A DNA stretch of 64,000 bases from an uncultured Bacteroidota bacterium (GTDB lineage Bacteria; Bacteroidota; Bacteroidia; Bacteroidales; DTGW01), in assembly GCA_963701015.1 (NCBI GenBank), contig OY969556.1, forward strand, positions 4,025,509-4,089,508, given 5' to 3'. Shown piece after piece: positions 18,775-25,426 of this stretch. The notes below the pieces were generated by a model, which did no database searches, was not told where the DNA came from, and saw only the letters and a program-made list of their open reading frames with translations. Each line of letters begins with the position of its first letter. Position 1 is the first letter of the stretch. The position numbers and the translations under genes are program-made.

Positions 18775-20112
18775 TTAAATAGTTTCTGAATTAATCCAAT
18801 CAATTTTTGGCATTATTACACCAGGCCTGTTGTCGGCATATTGTTTGTTAAGTCCATCAATGTTAATAATAGAAAAGGGATATATAACTTTTTCAAAGCT
18901 TATCCATTTTACATTATGTATTCCAATGGCAATATTAATAATATAGGAACCAGGTTTTAAAAAATTTGAAGGAATTATTGCAGTTGATTTATAATTTCCA
19001 ATTTCAAAAGTCTCTGTTCGTATAATATCATCATGAAAAGTTCTGAAAAGTGTAAGCCCACTTTTAGAATCAATTAAATCAAAACCTATTCTTAGCCCAC
19101 TTATTTTTTTCTTTACAAAATATTCATATTCAATAATTATTTCATCTTTTGTATAAAACTCATTAGCATTTGATCCTTTCTGATATATATTTAACTTTTT
19201 AAGTTTAAAATATTCATCATCTGGTAAATTTATTTCTGCCAAAGAATCTCTGCTTTCTTTATTATTATTGGCAGATGATAAATAATATTCAATACCTTCA
19301 TTAACATTACCATTATAAACTGTTGTTCCGTTTTGAAGTACATATAAATTATTGCATAAATTCGCAATAGCAGTCATATTATGGCTCACAAATATAACAG
19401 TTCGGCCTTGTCCCTGGCTTACTTCCTGCATTTTGCCAATGGCTTTTTTCTGGAACTCGGCATCGCCCACGGCCAATACTTCATCAACCACCAATATTTC
19501 CGGCTCCAAATGGGCTGCCACTGCAAAGCCCAGGCGCACGGTCATACCGCTACTGTAACGTTTTACGGGAGTGTCAATGTATTTTGCTACGCCGGCAAAA
19601 TCAACAATTTCGTCCAGCTTCTTGTCAATTTCCCACTTGCGCATGCCCATTATGGTTCCATTCACGTAAATGTTTTCGCGGCCGGTCATTTCGGGGTGAA
19701 AGCCCGTGCCAACTTCCAGTAGGCTGGCAATACGGCCTTTTACTTTTATACTGCCCGTGGTGGGAGAGGTTACCTTGGAGAGTATTTTTAGCAAGGTGCT
19801 TTTACCGGCACCGTTTTTGCCTATAATACCCAGCACTTCGCCCTGCTTAACTTCAAGGTTAATATCCTTTAAAGCCCAAACTAATTCGGCCTCCCCCCTG
19901 CCCCCTCCATGAGAGGGGGAGTTAGCCTTCCCCCCTTTGGGGGGATTGAGGGGGGCTAATATATTTGTCTGCCCTACTTTGGTATAAGGGTCGGGTTGCC
20001 CAAGCAGGTTCATGCGCCACCAGCGGTTAAGGTCGTGGCTAAGCGTGCCGGTGCCTATTTGCCCCAGGCGGTAAAGTTTCGAGAGGTTTTCAATTTTAAT
20101 TACGGTGGACAT
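18775..20112 (-). CDS. wzt: O-antigen/glycan ABC exporter ATP-binding protein Wzt, with a C-terminal glycan-binding-type domain
   Basis: Walker A GKNGAGKSTLLK, signature YSSGMTVRL and Walker B ILVVDE, plus an extra C-terminal domain of about 190 aa. It carries an in-frame GC-rich palindromic insertion at 19888-19956. Confidence 0.85.
   Translation of the reverse strand: MSTVIKIENLSKLYRLGQIGTGTLSHDLNRWWRMNLLGQPDPYTKVGQTNILAPLNPPKGGKANSPSHGGGRGEAELVWALKDINLEVKQGEVLGIIGKNGAGKSTLLKILSKVTSPTTGSIKVKGRIASLLEVGTGFHPEMTGRENIYVNGTIMGMRKWEIDKKLDEIVDFAGVAKYIDTPVKRYSSGMTVRLGFAVAAHLEPEILVVDEVLAVGDAEFQKKAIGKMQEVSQGQGRTVIFVSHNMTAIANLCNNLYVLQNGTTVYNGNVNEGIEYYLSSANNNKESRDSLAEINLPDDEYFKLKKLNIYQKGSNANEFYTKDEIIIEYEYFVKKKISGLRIGFDLIDSKSGLTLFRTFHDDIIRTETFEIGNYKSTAIIPSNFLKPGSYIINIAIGIHNVKWISFEKVIYPFSIINIDGLNKQYADNRPGVIMPKIDWINSETI
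19888..19956. repeat. REP-like double-hairpin unit inserted in frame within wzt
   Basis: CCCCCTC-catga-GAGGGGG and CCCCCC-ttt-GGGGGG followed by ATTGAGGGGGG. On the coding strand it is translated as ILAPLNPPKGGKANSPSHGGGRGEAE. Confidence 0.8.
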
Positions 20113-20775
20113 TGTGTAAATTACAAATTACAAAGGACAATTTGCAAAATTAGCGAATTTATACCAAAACGGAAAATGAAAAAGGGAAAAGGCCTCTCCC
20201 CAACGCTACTCCCTTCGGTCGTGAGAACGCTGCGCTTAGTTCTCCCAAGGAGAGGGAGAAAGATAAAAAATAATTTCTTAAAGTCCCTTTCTTTAGGAAA
20301 GGGTTGGGGATAGGCTACTTTAAAGAGCGGTGGCCAGATCATCCGCGTAAGCCAGCGTTGGCTTTGAGCGAGGGGTTTCGGATGATCTTGAATTTTACTC
20401 CCTTCGGTCATGAGAACGCTTCGCTAAGTTTTGCTTCTTTTTGTGTCAAGACAAAAAGAAGAGGAATAAAAGAAATTGGCCTCTCCCCAGCCCTCCCCTA
20501 AGGAGAGGGAGAAAGATAAAAAATTGTGAATTTACTTTTCTTTGCCTGCCATACATAGAAAAGGTAACAAAAGAAAAATCACTACGGATACCATCCCCAA
20601 GCCAATCTATTCGCACATGCCACCGCCACTTGTGCCGATTGGCTTTCGGATCGCACTATCCGTGGACGTCAACGCGCAAAGCAATTTAATGAATTATCTT
20701 CTTATCATGCGAAGCATGAAAGAGTGTGAGCCAGATCATCCGCGCGAGCCAGTGTTGGCTTTGAGCGAGGGGTAT
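20113..20775. repeat. GC-hairpin mosaic region upstream of wzt
   Basis: Contains a vestigial heptamer tract (20166-20192), the GATCATCCG...CGGATGATC long hairpin (twice), the 32-bp mini-insert (20208-20239, 20397-20428), hairpin+TTGGGG units and the 89-bp repeat (20579-20667). Confidence 0.85.
20145..20164 (-). promoter_or_regulatory. conserved promoter-like box (TAATTTTG on the coding strand), 33 nt upstream of the wzt ATG
   Basis: The plus strand reads CAAAATTAGCGAATTTATAC, so the coding strand carries TAATTTTG, which matches the Bacteroidota -7 consensus TAnnTTTG. The box recurs upstream of 5 other starts. Confidence 0.55.
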
Positions 20776-20841
20776 AGTTTCGAGAGGTTTTACCTTCGGT
20801 GAGAACGCTTCGCTTAGTTCAATTTTAATTACGGTTGACAT
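20776..20841 (-). pseudogene. duplicated 5' end of wzt (38 bp of CDS) interrupted by a 28-bp mini-insertion
   Basis: AGTTTCGAGAGGTTTT[ACCTTCGGTGAGAACGCTTCGCTTAGTT]CAATTTTAATTACGGTTGACAT compared with the uninterrupted 20075-20112. Confidence 0.9.
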
Positions 20842-20887
20842 TGTGTTAATTACAAATGACTAATTACTAATTACAAATTACAATTTA

Positions 20888-20907
20888 CAAAATTAGCGAA
20901 ATTATAA
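20888..20907 (-). promoter_or_regulatory. conserved promoter-like box copy
   Basis: CAAAATTAGCGAAATTATAA, 47 nt upstream of the relic wzt start. Confidence 0.45.
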
Positions 20908-20908
20908 T

Positions 20909-21141
20909 AAAACGGAAAATGGTTGGCGGAAAACGGTAAACGGAGTAAGGTAAAAGGGTAAACGGAGAAGGGAGAACGGAAAACGGTTGGCGGAAAACGG
21001 AAGAAGGGGAAAGGAAAACGGAAAACGGGGAATGGAGGAAGGAGGACGGAAAACGGTAAACGGAAAACGGTAAACGGAGAAGGGAAGACGGTAAACGGAG
21101 AAGGGAGAATGGAGGAAGGAAAACGAGGAATGGAGGAAGGA
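20909..21141. repeat. purine-rich heptamer minisatellite, array 1 (about 33 units)
   Basis: GGAAAAC/GGTAAAC/GGAGAAG/GGAGAAC units stay in a continuous 7-bp phase, with one 8-bp slip. Confidence 0.9.
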
Positions 21142-21183
21142 TAAATGAAACTGTCTTATTTGTTATTGAAACCCACCCCTTAG

Positions 21184-21199
21184 CCCCTCCCGGGAGGGG
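21184..21199 (-). terminator. candidate hairpin terminator or insulator (perfect 16-bp palindrome)
   Basis: CCCCTCCCGGGAGGGG lies 18 nt downstream of the stop of the 21218-22006 ORF. There is no clear U-tract. Confidence 0.3.
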
Positions 21200-21217
21200 A
21201 AATTGAATTATGTTTTT

Positions 21218-22565
21218 TCATTTTACCACCTCCCAATGCCCCCCTTTATCGGGGCCAATGCGTTTAATTGCTTTTCTGTCTTTTAATATTTTTAAATATC
21301 TTTGAATAGACCGTTCTGTAAGGGTCATTCTTTTTGCCAAATCGGAAGCTGATAATTGATTGTTTATTTTCAATAATTTAATTATTTCTATCTCATTTTC
21401 TACGACATTTTCTACGACATTTTCGGTGTCCTTATCGAATGTTTCAATATTTGCAGTCGTCTTTTGTTTGGTATAACTTAATTCAACAAAAAAACCGTTT
21501 GGAATTTCGTTGTAATCGAAATTCATTGTCGGGTATTGCCTAAGTTCATCACGTATCCGTTTAAACCCACTGCCATATTTTTCAATATCGCCGGTTAAAT
21601 AAAATGCTTCGGCCAGTAATTTATTTCGGGCATAGGCCTGATAATTATTGGTTTTTAAATCGGCAATAGTTAGATTGCCAAACAAAGTGCCGGGATTAAA
21701 AAAAGTAATGCTTTTGTCGAATATCTTAATTTGAATATCAACAGGGCTTAAATAATCGCGATGGATTAGCGAGTTTAATACCAATTCCCTGAGCGCTGGC
21801 AAGGGGTATTCAAATATTTCGGTTCGTTGTGTTGTTCTACCTGAAATTTCGAAAGCTACTTTTATTTGCGAAATTAAATATTTCATGGTTTCATCAACAG
21901 CCTCAAACAAGGGTAACCTCAACATTTTATCGTCAATAATAAGCGATGGGGTTTTAAAACGGCCTAAATGCACATTATACGAAATATCGGTTTTTGCAAA
22001 AAGCAAGTATGCTGCATTTGTAATTTTATTATTTGAAATGAACCTGAGTTTTTCGAGATTTTCAATCGTAGTCCCTTCTAAATTTAAAACGCCCGATAGT
22101 ATTTACTTTCTGTATAAATTTATCTACCTTTTTGAGGTCAATATCCACTAAATTTATATTATTTGCAGGATATGAATCCCATGAAACCTGCAGCGATTGC
22201 ATGCTTAAATCGGCTATCTCAAGTGCAGTCAACTGGTGATTCGAGTTTTTTACCCTTTTATAATAACGGCCTTTAAACGAAATTGGCTTTACCGGAAATT
22301 CATGAATAATTAAGGCAACTGTTTTTTTGCCTTTATAATTTATTAATTCAATATCAGGAATAATGGAGGGTTGTGTTTTTACTTTTATTTCGTTTATCCA
22401 TTTTTGAAAAGTTTCTTTGCCATACGTGAAGTTTTTATTAATACTTCCGTCATCGTTAATGCCAACAAATACTTTACCCCCTTTACAATTGGCATAGGCA
22501 ACCAAAGTTTCAATAACAGTATCGTTAAAGCCTGATTTATATTCTATGTGCTCGTTTTCAAGCAT
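21218..22565 (-). pseudogene. Schlafen/AlbA_2 + HATPase_c_4-like + wHTH putative regulator, split by a frameshift
   Basis: ORFs 22062-22565 (AlbA_2 N-terminus, HIEYKSGF...) and 21218-22006 join to read ...GRFKLEGTTIENLEKLRFISNNKITNAAYLLFAKTD if one T is removed from the run at about 22080-22090. Confidence 0.75.
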
Positions 22566-22598
22566 TAGGTAGTATTTTTTTTAACACTTTACCAATTA

Positions 22599-22618
22599 CA
22601 AAATTAGTGAATTTATAA
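22599..22618 (-). promoter_or_regulatory. conserved promoter-like box copy
   Basis: CAAAATTAGTGAATTTATAA, 34 nt upstream of the AlbA_2 ORF start. Confidence 0.5.
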
Positions 22619-22902
22619 TAAAACGGAAGACGGTAAACGGAGAAGGGAAAACGGAGAAGGGAGAACGAAAAACGGAGAATGGTAAACGGAGAAGGGAAAA
22701 CGGAAAACGAGGAATGGTAAACGGAGAAGGGAGAACGGAAAACGGAAAACGAAAAACGGAGAATGGTAAACGGAGAAGGGAGAACGGAAAACGGAAAACG
22801 GAAAACGGGGAATGGAAAACGGAGAAGGGAGAACGGAAAAAGGGAAACGGAGAAGGGAAATCGAAAAACGGAAAAGGGAAAACGGAGAAAGGAAAACGAG
22901 GA
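22619..22902. repeat. purine-rich heptamer minisatellite, array 2 (about 40 units)
   Basis: Same heptamer family, with a 49-bp higher-order repeat (GAGAATGGTAAACGGAGAAGGGAGAACGGAAAACGGAAAACGAAAAACG). Confidence 0.9.
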
Positions 22903-23099
22903 TAATTTTTTAAAAATTAGGGCAAAATTTCAAAATTATGCAAATTCGTATTCCACACTATTTACAGGTATTTGTCATCATTTACTTTAATTAAAAATAT
23001 CTATAGCTTTTTCAATTAAATAGGCTTTTATCTCTTCTTCATTAACAGCCGGTACAATATATTCAACAGGCTCGGAGTAATCAATGTCATTAAAATAGG

Positions 23100-23603
23100 C
23101 TAACTGGCACTGAATTGTTTCTCGGAAAATAAATCATTGTATATAGTTAAGGCCTTTTCTGAAACTTGTTTAATGGAATAAAATTTTCTTAAAATAAAAT
23201 ATAAATCAACATAATCTTTCCATTTCGATCGTCTGCTCATGGCAAATGCCTTCATAGCAGCTAATGTTAATAAATCAGGCATTTTTAAATACCCCTCAAA
23301 TTCACACGACGCAATTATTTGATAAGGGTACTGAAAAAAAGTAAATTTTACATCTTGAATAGTTACATTTAGCTGTTCATAAACCCTTCTGTTAACAATA
23401 TACTTTTTATGTAACGAATCAATCTTTTTAAGCAACCTTTTAGGTTGGATTTCATTTTGTTTAAACAAATCAAAATCAATAGATCTTCTATGGCCAATGT
23501 GTAATGCAATAGCAGTTCCTCCAACAAGATAAAATTCTCTTTTAAACAATTTCACCAATGGCAATAATTCTAATTGATCAGTATTTAAAATTTCTTTATG
23601 CAT
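23100..23603 (-). CDS. AbiEii/AbiGii-type nucleotidyltransferase toxin-like protein (3' end frameshifted)
   Basis: LVGGTAIALHIGHRRSIDFDLF motif. A further 37 codons (QLAYFNDIDYSEPVEYIVPAVNEEEIKAYLIEKAIDIFN*) continue in another frame down to 22987. Confidence 0.65.
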   Translation of the reverse strand: MHKEILNTDQLELLPLVKLFKREFYLVGGTAIALHIGHRRSIDFDLFKQNEIQPKRLLKKIDSLHKKYIVNRRVYEQLNVTIQDVKFTFFQYPYQIIASCEFEGYLKMPDLLTLAAMKAFAMSRRSKWKDYVDLYFILRKFYSIKQVSEKALTIYNDLFSEKQFSAS

Positions 23604-23871
23604 ATCGTGAGAAAAGAATAAAAAAGTAATTATAAATTTCAGGAAAGAAATTCATTTTCTTCCTACCTTGCATATTATTAAACACTTTTGCCACGTTTTC
23701 AATACCCATTATTGAAAAAAGTTTATGCACTGCATCTAATGAGCCATAATTTAAAATGTGTTCTACCAATAATTCGTGGCTTATATTCTCCTTTTCTTTT
23801 TCGGGTGTGTACCAAAAAAGGGAGCTGTTTTGGCGTATAAATGCTTTTAGTTCTTCAGTATTTTCAGGCAT
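23596..23871 (-). CDS. small partner protein of the AbiEii-like gene (putative antitoxin)
   Basis: 91-aa ORF overlapping the downstream NTase gene by 8 nt. Confidence 0.45.
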   Translation of the reverse strand: MPENTEELKAFIRQNSSLFWYTPEKEKENISHELLVEHILNYGSLDAVHKLFSIMGIENVAKVFNNMQGRKKMNFFPEIYNYFFILFSRYA

Positions 23872-23898
23872 CTAGATAGTATTAGAAATATAAAATTA

Positions 23899-24194
23899 CT
23901 AAAATATACTTGTAAACATTTTATATAAGGTAATTTTGCCTGCCCCGTTACGGCCAGTTATGCCCACACGGTCGTTTGTTTTATTTCAAAATTTAAATCC
24001 TTTAAAGCCCAAAAATCTTCCATTTCATCGTTGGCAATAAGCTGTCCGCCTTTAAATATTTGGCGGGTTTTAGATGCTATTTGCCGGACTTTATTGGCCA
24101 GAACATCGCGCAAAGCGGTATAACGCTCGTGCTTTTCGTGGCCTATAATATAACTTTTGCCCAGGTTCTCGGCTTTAATTACTGTATGGCTCAT
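23899..24194 (-). pseudogene. relic of a second, divergent wzt/tagH-type ABC ATPase gene (N-terminal about 90 codons, frameshifted and truncated)
   Basis: Encodes MSHTVIKAENLGKSYIIGH...FWALKDLNFEIKQ, then after a 1-nt shift DRVGITGRNGAGKITL (Walker A). Homology ends where the AbiE-like pair begins. Confidence 0.85.
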
Positions 24195-24240
24195 GAAGAC
24201 AATTACTAATTACTTATCACAAATGTCAAATGACAATTTG

Positions 24241-24260
24241 CAAAATTAGTGAATTTATAA
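24241..24260 (-). promoter_or_regulatory. conserved promoter-like box copy
   Basis: CAAAATTAGTGAATTTATAA, 47 nt upstream of the relic wzt' ATG. Confidence 0.5.
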
Positions 24261-24280
24261 CAAAACAGAAAATTGTAGTC

Positions 24281-24550
24281 GGAAGACGGAGAAGGGAAAA
24301 AGGTGGACGGAAAACGGAAAACGGAGAATGGAAAACGGAGGATGGTGGACGGAAAACGGAGAAGGGAAAACGGAAAACGGAGAATGGTAAACGGAGAAGG
24401 GAGAATGGTAAACGGAGAAGGGAGAATGGTAAACGGAGAAGGGAGAATGGTAAACGGAGAAGGGAGAACGGAAAACGAAAGACGGAGAATGGTAAACGGA
24501 GAAGGGAGAACGGAAAACGGAGAAAGGAAAACGGAAAACGGGGAAGAGAA
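24281..24550. repeat. purine-rich heptamer minisatellite, array 3 (about 38 units)
   Basis: Includes 3 perfect copies and 1 near-perfect copy of the 21-bp unit GGTAAACGGAGAAGGGAGAAT at 24386-24469. Confidence 0.9.
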
Positions 24551-24835
24551 ATAATATTTGTGAGATTGTTGTAATTTGAAACCCACCCTTTAGCCCCTCC
24601 CGGGAGGGGAAATATTTTTTCGTATCACACAAAGTGTGAAAGAGCGATGGCTTGATCATCCGAGCGAGCCTTAAGAACCACCCATTAGCCCCTCCTTTAA
24701 AAGGAGGGGAAACTGATTTGTTAACTTTACTCGACTTCGTCTAATGAACTAAGCGAAGCGTTCTCACGAGTTTTACGAGTAGCTTAGCCTTTGGCGTTCT
24801 CACGACCAAAGGGAATAAATCGCTTCGCTTAGACA
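24551..24835. repeat. conserved 285-bp GC-hairpin block (copy a)
   Basis: Collinear with 28126-28410, and partly with 26221-26345 and 21142-21215. It contains CCCCTCCCGGGAGGGG, TCACAC-aaa-GTGTGA, GATCATCCG... and CCCCTCCTTTAAAAGGAGGGG. Confidence 0.9.
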
Positions 24836-25400
24836 GCCCGCAGCTGAAATTGTATTTTTTTTATCACACTTTGTGTGAAAGAGCGTGAACCAGATCATCC
24901 GCGCGAGCCAGCGTGGGCATTGAGCGAGGGGTTTCGGATGATCTTGAATTTTACTCCCTTCGGTCATGAGAACGCTTCGCTAAGTTTTGCTTCTTTTTGG
25001 TTCATGCCAAAAAGAAGGGGAATGAATGCAAAAGATTTGCTGTTGTATTTATTATATGCAATGTTGGCTAGTAGCGATTTATTTTTCTTTGCTTGCCATG
25101 CAAAGAAAAGGTAACAAAACTTAGCGATATGGTTTACTCACTGTGGTCATGAGAACGCGTTGCTAAGTTCATGAACGAAGGGAGCAAAGGGGTTGGGGAT
25201 AGGCCTTTTGGCTTTCGGACCGCACCATCTGTGGACTCCCTACGCGCAAAGCTCAAAACTCTTTACAGTTTACAACCATTTACCGTTAACCGTTTTCCTT
25301 TTATCCGTCAAATGGTTCAAGCCAAAAATAAGAGGAATGCTGGAAAAAGCTTTATTTGTAAATTAAAATCAGCTTTAACCGCCTATCGAGGAAATGAAGT
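24836..25400. repeat. GC-hairpin mosaic region
   Basis: Same modules as 20113-20775, in similar order. Confidence 0.85.
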
Positions 25401-25426
25401 TGAATTTAACCATTTTCCCATTATTG

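Noticed and set aside
19352-20411. A cluster of antisense or overlapping ORFs within and just upstream of wzt (19352-19558, 19381-19722, 19584-19826, 19706-19912, 19996-20313, 20121-20411).
   Set aside because: They are a by-product of the locally high GC content of the wzt ATPase module and of the GC-rich repeats. Their translations are low-complexity, and they overlap a well-supported CDS.
25311-25325. A tRNA-like T-arm resemblance (GGTTCAAGCC) in the AACCATTT...AAATGGTT units, and telomere-like TTGGGG or G-quadruplex potential of the repeats.
   Set aside because: There is no complementary T-stem, acceptor stem or anticodon arm. TTGGGG occurs singly after each hairpin rather than in tandem. 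G-runs in the arrays are mostly GG and are interrupted by C, so neither G4 nor H-DNA is convincingly supported.
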